Both the position numbers and the translations under genes were made by a program. Shown here one piece after another: positions 1 to 8,212 of a stretch of 64,000 bases of DNA (positions are counted from its first letter, which is position 1; the number at the start of each line of letters is the position of its first letter). The stretch is from a virus. Under the pieces are notes generated by a model that had not been told where the DNA came from, did not search any database, and saw only the letters and a list, made by a program, of their open reading frames with translations. The stretch is taken from the IMG/VR virus record IMGVR_UViG_3300028027_000057, positions 11,089-75,088 of that record; one strand, 5' to 3'.

Positions 1-2
1 AT

Positions 3-260
3 CAATACGAGGATATTGCAGTTAAGCTAGAAGATAACTTCTCTGAGATGTTAGCTGCGATTGAAAAACGAGTACAGGAAGTAATAGACTCAGTACTCCG
101 TAGAGGAGACGCGACTGATCTCAGGAAGAAAGTAGGGCTATACTTGAAAGAGAATGATAACGAGCTAAACCAATTCGTATTTCCTACAGTATTAGGTAAA
201 CATGAAGTAGTAGTTAAAATGATTATGAGAGAGATCAAACCACACGCAAATCACATATAG
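3..260 (+). CDS. hypothetical protein, 5' end probably outside the window
   Basis: Frame is open from position 3 to TAG at 260; the next gene's RBS follows directly. Confidence 0.55.
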   Translation, partial: QYEDIAVKLEDNFSEMLAAIEKRVQEVIDSVLRRGDATDLRKKVGLYLKENDNELNQFVFPTVLGKHEVVVKMIMREIKPHANHI

Positions 261-268
261 GAGTTACA

Positions 269-463
269 ATGGAATTAATCATGACGATAGCAATACTCTG
301 TCAGGTATCAGCTGGAAAGGAAGTACCATTGTTAGGTTACCTACATAACAAGATAGATAAGGATCAATTACAATGTCAGCAATCATATATCCATTGTGTC
401 AATACTAAGTCAACAACCAAACCAGAGTCATTAGAACGATGTATCCTAGAGAGAAAGATATAA
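269..463 (+). CDS. hypothetical protein, possibly exported, Cys-containing
   Basis: AGGAG RBS; hydrophobic N-terminus; four Cys. Confidence 0.6.
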   Translation: MELIMTIAILCQVSAGKEVPLLGYLHNKIDKDQLQCQQSYIHCVNTKSTTKPESLERCILERKI

Positions 464-480
464 TATAAATACGGCAGTTT

Positions 481-533
481 GGTAGAGTCATTGGAAACTA
501 TCTGACAGCCCGGAAAGACGGGCATTTTTTTTT
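481..533 (+). ncRNA. GARAGA-loop structured element copy 1, possibly doubling as intrinsic terminator
   Basis: GGTAG/CTATC stem, TGAC-A, GCCCG-GAAAGA-CGGGC hairpin (508-523), T9 tract (525-533). Confidence 0.6.
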
Positions 534-534
534 C

Positions 535-563
535 TTGACAACATTATAAACTTAATGTATACT
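535..563 (+). promoter_or_regulatory. sigma70-type promoter
   Basis: TTGACA-17 nt-TATACT, upstream of the AGGAG RBS of gene 581. Confidence 0.85.
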
Positions 564-580
564 TCTTTCAAGGAGAACAT

Positions 581-1234
581 ATGAGTTCAAAGCATAGAAA
601 ATCAATTCACTTTACATCAGACTGGCACATAGGACACGCAAACTCTATTAACTTTGACGATAGACCATTTAAAGACCTAGATCATATGCACAGAGTTTTG
701 ATTAATAACTACAATGCACAAGTTCCAGTAGATGGACTTTGTTATTTCCTAGGAGATATTGGACTTTCTTCCAGTGAAACAGTAGAAAAAGTATTGTCTA
801 AGCTCAATGGAACTAAAGTTCTAGTATTAGGGAACCACGATAAGAAGTTTAATGCTATGTACCAACTAGGGTTTGACGTTGTGTTGAACGGAGCTACCAT
901 TTACATCTCCGGAGAACGAGTAACAATGACACACTGTCCTTTACGTGGAGTGTTCCGTGAAAACACAGAACATATGAATAGTGCTTACTCTTCAAAGGAT
1001 TTTGCAGAAGGACTTAAAGATGAGAACTGGCACGGTGAGCATAAGCAGATTGCTTTTTCTTGTGAAGACGAGGGGCAATTTCACCTTCACGGACATATCC
1101 ACTCTGGACCAGCGAATACTAAAAAACGAATAGATGGTCGCCAATTGGACGTAGGTGCTCCGGGTAATAAATATCGTCCACTCAGTATATCAGAAATAGA
1201 ATCTTGGATCGCAACTACTAAACAAGGGGAATAA
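581..1234 (+). CDS. calcineurin-like metallophosphoesterase
   Basis: Motifs SDWHIGH, LGD, GNHD, H, HGHIH. Confidence 0.9.
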   Translation: MSSKHRKSIHFTSDWHIGHANSINFDDRPFKDLDHMHRVLINNYNAQVPVDGLCYFLGDIGLSSSETVEKVLSKLNGTKVLVLGNHDKKFNAMYQLGFDVVLNGATIYISGERVTMTHCPLRGVFRENTEHMNSAYSSKDFAEGLKDENWHGEHKQIAFSCEDEGQFHLHGHIHSGPANTKKRIDGRQLDVGAPGNKYRPLSISEIESWIATTKQGE

Positions 1235-1390
1235 ATGAACATCGAAAGCAACGTCAACCTACTACTAGATCAATTAGATAAAGCAGTAGAAGAAGAAGAT
1301 ACAGTAACAGTCTTTAAAATCGGACAAGCTATTGAAGCATTGCTAGAACAATTAACTACAGACACAATCCAAGTCAGGACTTTACAATGA
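1235..1390 (+). CDS. small hypothetical protein (51 aa, not in ORF track)
   Basis: MNIESNVNLL...VRTLQ; abuts the upstream stop and has an ATGA overlap with 1387. Confidence 0.6.
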   Translation: MNIESNVNLLLDQLDKAVEEEDTVTVFKIGQAIEALLEQLTTDTIQVRTLQ

Positions 1391-1653
1391 GCGAAGCAGA
1401 GCTAGAAATAGCCCGCAACCTAGGAGCTAGTAGCTTTCTAGTGTATAGTTTTATAAAGAACTTCCCCGATGGTTCAGCTACTGATATAGAAGTCAGTACT
1501 GGACTATCGAGAGGATGCATAGATCAGACTTTAAAAAAACTAAGCGACACTAATATTCTCAACAAGAGAAAGAGTAACTATGGTAGTCCTAGAGTTTATT
1601 TATACACAACAAATAAAGGCTTGACAAACGATGAGCAAACGAACTATAATTAA
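1387..1653 (+). CDS. winged helix-turn-helix DNA-binding protein
   Basis: SATDIEVSTGLSRGCIDQTLKKL...RVYLY fits a wHTH pattern. Confidence 0.7.
   Translation: MSEAELEIARNLGASSFLVYSFIKNFPDGSATDIEVSTGLSRGCIDQTLKKLSDTNILNKRKSNYGSPRVYLYTTNKGLTNDEQTNYN
1621..1650 (+). promoter_or_regulatory. sigma70-type promoter within coding sequence
   Basis: TTGACA-18 nt-TATAAT. Confidence 0.65.
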
Positions 1654-1771
1654 AGTACCAGCTCCTAAGATCAGGAGACCAGTGGCTAATAAGCCTAACG
1701 TAACAATGAAGTCTAAGAAAGACTATAGAAGGAAACCAAAACATGCGAACGATGACGGAAAAGATGCGTAG
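1631..1771 (+). CDS. 46-aa basic peptide with ArfA-like motif (not in ORF track)
   Basis: MSKRTIIKVPAPKIRRPVANKPNVTMKSKKDYRRKPKHANDDGKDA fills the gap between 1653 and 1743. Confidence 0.55.
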   Translation: MSKRTIIKVPAPKIRRPVANKPNVTMKSKKDYRRKPKHANDDGKDA

Positions 1772-2018
1772 GAGTCGTTCCTATAAAAAGAACAAAGAAG
1801 TAACATTCTCTCTGAACTTTACAAAGTACGGAGAGTATAAGTGTGAGTGTTGCAGCAGAGCCCCTCTTTATAGAAATAAGTCAGGAGAGTCACACTCTTT
1901 TGCAAACACCGCGACTGTAGACCATATCTTAGATTTATCTAAAGGTGGATCAAACGACATTAGTAATTTGCGAGTTCTTTGTTTTGAATGCAACAATGAC
2001 AAATCGAATAAGGTATAA
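1743..2018 (+). CDS. HNH endonuclease
   Basis: CECC...TVDHILDLSKGGSNDISNLRVLCFECNNDK. Confidence 0.9.
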   Translation: MRTMTEKMRRSRSYKKNKEVTFSLNFTKYGEYKCECCSRAPLYRNKSGESHSFANTATVDHILDLSKGGSNDISNLRVLCFECNNDKSNKV

Positions 2019-2741
2019 ATGAGATTACTTAATTTATTATTAGCAACGACTATCTTCTTTCTTTTAATAAATATTAAAGTATCTCAAACTCCAGTCAGAG
2101 AAAAGGTATTCATCCCTTATGTAGAAAGTCTATGTGTTGCTCTAAAAGAAAGAGGACATTCCTGTAGATTAATAGAAACAGTATCTATTAGAAAAGCAGT
2201 GCTATCTAAGAAACTAGCAGGGCTTTATCACCCACTAGCACACGACATACTAATCAGTACTGAAGTGTGGGATAGGTCAAGCGATGAAGTAAGAGAGCAG
2301 TTAGTATATCATGAACTAGGTCACGCGCTAGGGTTAGACCATATAGAGTATGGAATTATGCAGTCCGGTGGATTTATTAACGATACATTTTATAAAAGAT
2401 ACAGAGATATGTTTATTGAAGAAATGCTAGGAGAACTAGCATTAACACCTAAGGAGAAGCTAGTGACAAAAGCAGATGTGCTAAATAACAAACATGCTGT
2501 AGTGCGATTTACTGCAACATGGTGTCCTCCTTGTAAAGCTCTAGCTCCAATCTTTGATGAAGTCGCGGCTGCAAATCCAGACGTTGTAACGTATGTTATA
2601 GACGTAGATCAGAACATGGACCTAGCTAGGGATATGGGAGTCAGAGGATTGCCGACGATGATTCAAATCAAGGATAATGCAGTGTCGACATCTCTTGTTG
2701 GCTTGCAGTCTAAAACTGAAGTAGAGAAGCTATTCAAATGA
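2019..2741 (+). CDS. matrixin-like zinc metallopeptidase with N-terminal hydrophobic segment, fused to thioredoxin
   Basis: HELGHALGLDH followed by a Met-turn (GIM); WCPPC and cis-Pro region GLPT; internal RBS and GTG at 2463. Confidence 0.85.
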   Translation: MRLLNLLLATTIFFLLINIKVSQTPVREKVFIPYVESLCVALKERGHSCRLIETVSIRKAVLSKKLAGLYHPLAHDILISTEVWDRSSDEVREQLVYHELGHALGLDHIEYGIMQSGGFINDTFYKRYRDMFIEEMLGELALTPKEKLVTKADVLNNKHAVVRFTATWCPPCKALAPIFDEVAAANPDVVTYVIDVDQNMDLARDMGVRGLPTMIQIKDNAVSTSLVGLQSKTEVEKLFK

Positions 2742-2893
2742 AAACAGAACGCCAGATGTACGAAGAATACCTAGACGCACAATACAAACGACTGAACGAA
2801 TTAATTGAAGAAAGAGCTAAGGTTGAGAAAGATATTGACAATGTAACGACATTAATGTTAAAGTGTCCTTATGTTGTACCACAAGACGATTAA
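2738..2893 (+). CDS. small coiled-coil protein (51 aa, not in ORF track)
   Basis: ATGA coupling to the upstream gene; MKTERQMYEEYLD... Confidence 0.55.
   Translation: MKTERQMYEEYLDAQYKRLNELIEERAKVEKDIDNVTTLMLKCPYVVPQDD
2835..2864 (+). promoter_or_regulatory. possible sigma70 promoter
   Basis: TTGACA-18 nt-TAAAGT with extended -10 TG. Confidence 0.45.
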
Positions 2894-3056
2894 TTCATTC
2901 TTTGTTTCTATTGTTCGGATCAAGTATCAGAACGATAATTATGTTAAATGTCATCTAAGATATTTTAACAAAGGGTCTAACCGACTTATAACAGAAGAAC
3001 GTAATGTTAAAATTATGAAGTCTGCTATGAAACACTGGGAAGTATATGACAATTAG
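2871..3056 (+). CDS. hypothetical protein
   Basis: Overlaps both neighbours in operon fashion. Confidence 0.55.
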   Translation: MLYHKTINSFFVSIVRIKYQNDNYVKCHLRYFNKGSNRLITEERNVKIMKSAMKHWEVYDN

Positions 3057-4095
3057 ATTATCACATTCAGCTCGCGGTAAACACGATCACTGTGCAATGA
3101 TGTACAAGCTACACTATCAAGACAAGATTCGCCCTTTAGGTTCTACCTCTGCCCTGCTATTCGGGTCAGCCGTAGATAAAGCGTGCGAAGATTATATGCT
3201 AAACAGGAATCAGCTTAGAGCTAGACAAATATTTAAAGACGAATGGAAAAAAGTCCAAGAAGGATTTGAGGAAGAAAATGGAACAATTAGCCCGGTCGAC
3301 TATCATTCTAATGACTTTGATGCTGAGTTGCTCCTTCAACCCGATAACGAACTTATTCTTAAAGATACAGTATATAAGACAGTATCCGATCTTTTCAAAG
3401 CCGGAGAAGAAAAAGAACGAATAAGATATTGTAACTGGGTTAGCATGTACCGCAAAGGAACGATGCTTGTAAACAAGTTCATAGAGTGGGTTGACCACAA
3501 CGTAGAAGAAGTACTCGGTGCTCAAGTTGCGATCGAGCTAGAAGATGAGGACGGAAACCAAGTAACAGGATTTGCCGACTTTGTAATTAAAATCCATGGA
3601 TACGATAAACCTATTCTAGTAGACTTAAAAACCGCAGGCAGATACTACGAACGCGGGTCGGTCAAAGAGTCAGAGCAGCTTGCCTTATACTTCCTATATC
3701 TAAAGAATACTAAGTATCCAGATATGGAGAGGGCTGCCTTTCTAGTATTGAATAAGATGATTAAGAAGAACCGCACTAAGACCTGTAAGAAGTGTGGAAC
3801 TGTTACAACAGGACGAGAGAAGACTTGTGCAGTCGGGACTGGCAAAAGCCGATGTCACGGAGAGTTCGATGAAGTAATAGACCCAGAGGTTAATCTTCAG
3901 TATATTCATGACGAGATTCCTCAGGACTTTATCGACGCGACAATCGAAAAGTTTAACCTAACACTAGAGGGAATTAAGTCAGGCGAGTTCCAAAAGAACC
4001 TAGCTGGATGCGATAGATATTACGGAAGAGAATGTCCATATAAGAAATACTGTGAGTCTGGTTGTATGACCGGACTTTATAAAAAGGAAGCATAA
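3046..4095 (+). CDS. PD-(D/E)xK Cas4/AddB-like exonuclease
   Basis: N-terminal Cys, GFAD...VDLKT, QLALY, C-terminal CDRYYGRECPYKKYC Fe-S ligands. Confidence 0.85.
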   Translation: MTIRLSHSARGKHDHCAMMYKLHYQDKIRPLGSTSALLFGSAVDKACEDYMLNRNQLRARQIFKDEWKKVQEGFEEENGTISPVDYHSNDFDAELLLQPDNELILKDTVYKTVSDLFKAGEEKERIRYCNWVSMYRKGTMLVNKFIEWVDHNVEEVLGAQVAIELEDEDGNQVTGFADFVIKIHGYDKPILVDLKTAGRYYERGSVKESEQLALYFLYLKNTKYPDMERAAFLVLNKMIKKNRTKTCKKCGTVTTGREKTCAVGTGKSRCHGEFDEVIDPEVNLQYIHDEIPQDFIDATIEKFNLTLEGIKSGEFQKNLAGCDRYYGRECPYKKYCESGCMTGLYKKEA

Positions 4096-4421
4096 TGAGT
4101 GAGAAATTAATTAGAGACAAGATTCCAACCTTAGCTTTACTAGAAGGCAGGACTTTAAGTATTAGAAGCGCAAAGCGAGATGAGATAGAATTTCTATTTA
4201 AGACTAAAATTATAGAAGAAGCCACGGAAGTGTTCAATGCTTCTAATCGTAATGATCTAGTAGAAGAACTTGCAGATTTACAGCAGGTCATTAAAGATAT
4301 GATAACTCAACTTAATTTAGGCGAACATACTACAACTACTGTACGACTAGCTAAAGAGCAAGCTAGAGGATCGTTCAGTCAGTCTATAGTGTTAATAACA
4401 AAGGAAGAAGTCAATGGCTAA
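4095..4421 (+). CDS. MazG-like nucleoside triphosphate pyrophosphohydrolase
   Basis: KLIRDKIP...KIIEEATEV...EELADL...RGSF. Confidence 0.8.
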   Translation: MSEKLIRDKIPTLALLEGRTLSIRSAKRDEIEFLFKTKIIEEATEVFNASNRNDLVEELADLQQVIKDMITQLNLGEHTTTTVRLAKEQARGSFSQSIVLITKEEVNG

Positions 4422-4662
4422 GAAAATGAACGTACAGTCTCAAGATGATTTCGAGGCCGAATTGAAAGGAGAGCCTGAGAATTTCGATGCAGTTGCTATA
4501 TCCATTATCAAATATAGTAACCATCAGTATAAGGTTGTCAGTATTCCTATTGATTCCAAGACTTTGAAAGTTGGAGAACTAGAAGTGCTACACGAGGTCA
4601 CTAACCGACCAGAGGCAGTAGAGCAGTTTAAAATTGCCGTTGTAAGAAATCAGATAATTTAG
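4414..4662 (+). CDS. hypothetical protein
   Basis: RBS and overlap with the upstream gene. Confidence 0.65.
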   Translation: MAKKMNVQSQDDFEAELKGEPENFDAVAISIIKYSNHQYKVVSIPIDSKTLKVGELEVLHEVTNRPEAVEQFKIAVVRNQII

Positions 4663-4663
4663 C

Positions 4664-4692
4664 TTGACAACCTAGACTATTTTAAGTAATAT
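4664..4692 (+). promoter_or_regulatory. sigma70-type promoter
   Basis: Intergenic TTGACA-17 nt-TAATAT before an AGGAG RBS. Confidence 0.75.
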
Positions 4693-4709
4693 ATAAAAAA
4701 GGAGATCAC

Positions 4710-5249
4710 ATGATCAAATCAGACACGATCCAAAAAGTAGCAGCAGCTCTAGTTAAAGCCCAGAGCGAAATGGGAAATGCAAGCAAAGGCTCAGCCAACC
4801 CATTCTTCAAATCTAAATATGCCGATCTTAATGCAATTAGAGAAGCTTGTCTTCCTTCGTTGTTCGCAAATGGATTGTCAGTAATGCAACCGACTGTTGT
4901 ATTAGATGGTAAGAGTTATATTGAAACTTTGATTATTCATGAATCAGGTGAATACATCGGCGGTCATACAGAGATCGTATACGCTAAACAGAATGATGCT
5001 CAAAACTTTGGAGCAGGTACAACTTACGCTAGACGTTTTGGATTACAAGCATTACTTTGTATTGGCGCTGAGGATTCTGATGGTGAAGAAGCAGTTGGTA
5101 GGAACACAAAACCAAACGTGACTAAACCAACTGTGACAACAGTTACAGTATCTGCTGCAACAGAAACAGCTCCTACCACTAAAAAAGGGTTCGGAGTTAA
5201 GACAGAGACAACTAAAGTAGCAACCCCAACAACAGACGAATGGTCGTAG
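4710..5249 (+). CDS. ERF-family single-strand annealing protein
   Basis: NPFFKSKYADL...HESGE...GAGTTYARRFGL...EDSDG. Confidence 0.9.
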   Translation: MIKSDTIQKVAAALVKAQSEMGNASKGSANPFFKSKYADLNAIREACLPSLFANGLSVMQPTVVLDGKSYIETLIIHESGEYIGGHTEIVYAKQNDAQNFGAGTTYARRFGLQALLCIGAEDSDGEEAVGRNTKPNVTKPTVTTVTVSAATETAPTTKKGFGVKTETTKVATPTTDEWS

Positions 5250-5267
5250 TAACGACTAGGAGCTAAT

Positions 5268-5702
5268 ATGAATGAAGAAACAGAAGTATCGAATGAAGAA
5301 GCTAAGGTCGAAATTGACACTAGACAAATCGAATTAGATATGGTAGCTGCGGCTGAAGCTAGAGCACAAGACCCTAGTGAAATGGCAGCAATGATGTTTC
5401 AAATGTATGTGCCGCATTTTAAAGCTGGACTAGCTAAGCTATCAACCAGAGGATTACGCCGTGTTCTACAAAACGCAGTATTGTATCCATTAGAACAGGA
5501 CGAGATTAAAACATCTAGTGAGTTTGAGAAACAGATGGTTCAACTAGTATCATCATTACTAGAAGCCAAGTTTATCATGATTATGGATACATACAAGAAT
5601 AATGCAGAACAACTATATGAAGCATCACAAACTGAGCTAACAGTAGATGAGACTGCAGGTATTCAAGAGTTAATCAACAACGAGGAGAAAGCAAATGGCT
5701 AA
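5268..5702 (+). CDS. hypothetical acidic protein
   Basis: AGGAG RBS; 144 aa ORF. Confidence 0.7.
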   Translation: MNEETEVSNEEAKVEIDTRQIELDMVAAAEARAQDPSEMAAMMFQMYVPHFKAGLAKLSTRGLRRVLQNAVLYPLEQDEIKTSSEFEKQMVQLVSSLLEAKFIMIMDTYKNNAEQLYEASQTELTVDETAGIQELINNEEKANG

Positions 5703-5976
5703 ATGGAATCGTCAGCAAATTGGTAAGATCGTAAAGAAGTCAGAAGACAAACTCCGTTACCCCGGCGTTAAAGAATTCTCACTTAAGATCGAGCAAGATA
5801 TTACACTCAAGGCAGGAACTTATCTTAATCTAGAAAACAAGGCATATAAGCTTGCCAGTCTAGAAGCATCTAAAGATAAAATGTCTGGAGAGAATTACGA
5901 GAAAGCTATCGAGCGTATTCAAAAGATGCCTGACTTTGTTTTCTTTGAAGTAATTAAATTAGATAAAGAATCATAG
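5695..5976 (+). CDS. hypothetical protein (SSB candidate by position only)
   Basis: GGAG RBS; lies between ERF and primase-helicase. Confidence 0.6.
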   Translation: MAKWNRQQIGKIVKKSEDKLRYPGVKEFSLKIEQDITLKAGTYLNLENKAYKLASLEASKDKMSGENYEKAIERIQKMPDFVFFEVIKLDKES

Positions 5977-6040
5977 TCCTCCTCCTTCTATGATTACATG
6001 GTGTGAATAACACCTGACAGCCGGGAAAGACCGGCATTTT
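5969..6040 (+). ncRNA. GARAGA-loop structured element copy 2, preceded by a hairpin with an anti-SD-like loop
   Basis: AATCATAG-TCCTCCTCCTT-CTATGATT; GGTGT/ACACC stem; TGAC-A; GCCGG-GAAAGA-CCGGC (6020-6035); ATTTT. Confidence 0.6.
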
Positions 6041-6053
6041 CAATAGGACATTC

Positions 6054-6257
6054 ATGACAAGACAAGAAGCTAATCGCAAGATTCTAGAACTATTAACCAA
6101 AGAAGTAGAAGCACATCCTGACCTACGATTCAATCAGATTATTGTAAACAAGAATCTAACAAAAACAGAATCAGGATCATACTATCAACAAACACACAAT
6201 ACTGTTGACTACTACGAAGAACCTGTGGTAACATTGCAACGGGCGACGAAGGAGTAA
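6054..6257 (+). CDS. hypothetical protein
   Basis: AGGA RBS; HPDLRFNQI motif of a type common in small phage proteins. Confidence 0.65.
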   Translation: MTRQEANRKILELLTKEVEAHPDLRFNQIIVNKNLTKTESGSYYQQTHNTVDYYEEPVVTLQRATKE

Positions 6258-6260
6258 GAC

Positions 6261-8204
6261 ATGAATAAGGGGGAAACATTGTTTGTAAATCTAAGATCGG
6301 GTTTGAATTCAAAACCACAGCTAATCAGTATAAAAGAAGACATTAATAAATATATCACATCTAGAGATAAAGACTGGTATGTATCGCTCTATAAATACAA
6401 CGAGACACATAAAGCAATCCTCGATGCTAAAGGCACTCTAGCTGGCGTTAAAGACACTCAGACTAACACCCTATACTTTGACTTCGACTCCAAGGATAGC
6501 CTCGATAAAGCCCAAACAGACGCTATTGAAGTGGCAAATCGTCTAGTGACCCGTGGCTTTGAAGAGGACGAGATTGGATGTTACTTTACCGGAGGCAAAG
6601 GCTTCAGTGTAGAAGTAGAGATGAACGAGTATGTCAACCCAGACAAGTTTAAAGCTATTGTATTTGACGTAGCCGGTGATCTTCCTACGTTCGATCAAGT
6701 AGTGAATGACCCGAATCGTATTGTCCGTGTAGAGAATACTAAACATCAGAACTCAGGACTATACAAGATTCCCTTGACCCCAGATGAACTAGTAAATTTA
6801 AGTATTGCAGAGATTAAACTATTAGCCAAGAATCCTAGAGCTAATCGCCTATTAAAAGTCGCCAAGGTTCCACAGAATATCAAGGATGTAGAACCTATGA
6901 AAGAGAAGACTGTAGAGCAGATTGGACGTGAGCTAACATTCGATATCTCTAGTATTGATATGAAGTCTAGACCTAAGGGAATTGATGAAGCCCGCTTTCT
7001 TTTACTTCACGGATTCTTTCGTGGTGGAGAACGCAACCATTCTATGCTTTGTCTAGCCTCTACGTTACATAACTTGAATTATCCACTAGAAGTAACTCGT
7101 GGTATGCTTAATGGCTCAGCCGAGCTACAAGCAAGTCGCACTGGTGACGATATGTTTCCAGAAAGAGAAGTAGACCTTATCATTAATCAAGTATATGGTC
7201 CAAATTGGAAGGGCGGACAGTTCACAACGCGCGACCCTAACAATTGGCTTGCACAATACTGTAAGAAGATGGGACTTAACGTCAAGGAAGAAGAAGGTCC
7301 GGCAACTTTAGACGGAATTAGTGCAGGTTTCACACATTATCTCATGAATATCGAGAAGAATACTGTAAAAACTGGTATTGACGAGCTAGACAAGGCTATG
7401 CCTATCACAGTCGGTTCAAATATTGGGGTTGTAGCAGCAGCCGGCGCTGGTAAAACAGCTCTAGCATTGAAAATCCTACGTTACAACAGCGAAAAAGGTA
7501 TCCCGACAGTATTTGCTTCCCTAGATATGCACAGAAACCGTCTATTCGAGAAGGTTATCTATAATATTACTGGACTTAGCAGAGAAGACGTATACGCTAA
7601 GTTCAAAGAAGGCAAGGGCAAAGAACTTACTGACCTAGTTAAGAAGCATTACGGTAACGTATGGTTCTACGATCGCAGCGCGGCAACTGTAGAGGACGTT
7701 CGTAATTATGTTCTACAAGTTGAGCAGACTTCTGGACAAAAAGTCAAGATGGTTATGTTCGATTACTTCGAGCGTATTAGTAGTGCGGTTTCGGACGACA
7801 CAGCTTCTAGTAAAATCGTTGCGGGTCAGATTCAGGACTTAGTAAATGACCTAGACGTTGCCGCAATCACTCTAGTTCAGCCAAACAAGTTCAGTCTCGG
7901 TGGAGGCCCCGACACCGAAATCAAATCATACACTGCGATCAAAGGATCAAGCTTCTTGTATCAATCATTCCGAGGAATTATTAGTCTCAGTCGCCCGTTT
8001 TACACGCCGGAGACAAAAGAGATTGATAAGTATATGGTAATTAATATCCTTAAGAACGATTTAGGTGCTCAAGATAGATTCGAGATGGGTTGGGTTGGTA
8101 AAACTGGTGAAATCTACACGTTAGAAGATCACGAGCGGACTGAACTTAAAGAGCTTATGAAGCTTAAGAACGCAACAAAAGAATCCAAGGATGGATGGGA
8201 ATAA
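6261..8204 (+). CDS. AEP primase / PriCT / SF4 (DnaB-like) helicase fusion
   Basis: YFDFD and TGGKGF primase motifs; GGERNHS; Walker A AAAGAGKT; SLDM; Walker B FDYFE. Confidence 0.85.
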   Translation: MNKGETLFVNLRSGLNSKPQLISIKEDINKYITSRDKDWYVSLYKYNETHKAILDAKGTLAGVKDTQTNTLYFDFDSKDSLDKAQTDAIEVANRLVTRGFEEDEIGCYFTGGKGFSVEVEMNEYVNPDKFKAIVFDVAGDLPTFDQVVNDPNRIVRVENTKHQNSGLYKIPLTPDELVNLSIAEIKLLAKNPRANRLLKVAKVPQNIKDVEPMKEKTVEQIGRELTFDISSIDMKSRPKGIDEARFLLLHGFFRGGERNHSMLCLASTLHNLNYPLEVTRGMLNGSAELQASRTGDDMFPEREVDLIINQVYGPNWKGGQFTTRDPNNWLAQYCKKMGLNVKEEEGPATLDGISAGFTHYLMNIEKNTVKTGIDELDKAMPITVGSNIGVVAAAGAGKTALALKILRYNSEKGIPTVFASLDMHRNRLFEKVIYNITGLSREDVYAKFKEGKGKELTDLVKKHYGNVWFYDRSAATVEDVRNYVLQVEQTSGQKVKMVMFDYFERISSAVSDDTASSKIVAGQIQDLVNDLDVAAITLVQPNKFSLGGGPDTEIKSYTAIKGSSFLYQSFRGIISLSRPFYTPETKEIDKYMVINILKNDLGAQDRFEMGWVGKTGEIYTLEDHERTELKELMKLKNATKESKDGWE

Positions 8205-8212
8205 ATCATATT

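Noticed and set aside
502-523. CTGA...GAAA resembling a hammerhead ribozyme core
   Set aside because: Lacks CUGANGA spacing; GAAA sits in a hairpin loop rather than the junction; no stem III/NUH arrangement
3046-4095. CRISPR-Cas system suggested by the Cas4-like gene
   Set aside because: No repeat-spacer array or other cas genes seen; the context is ERF recombination
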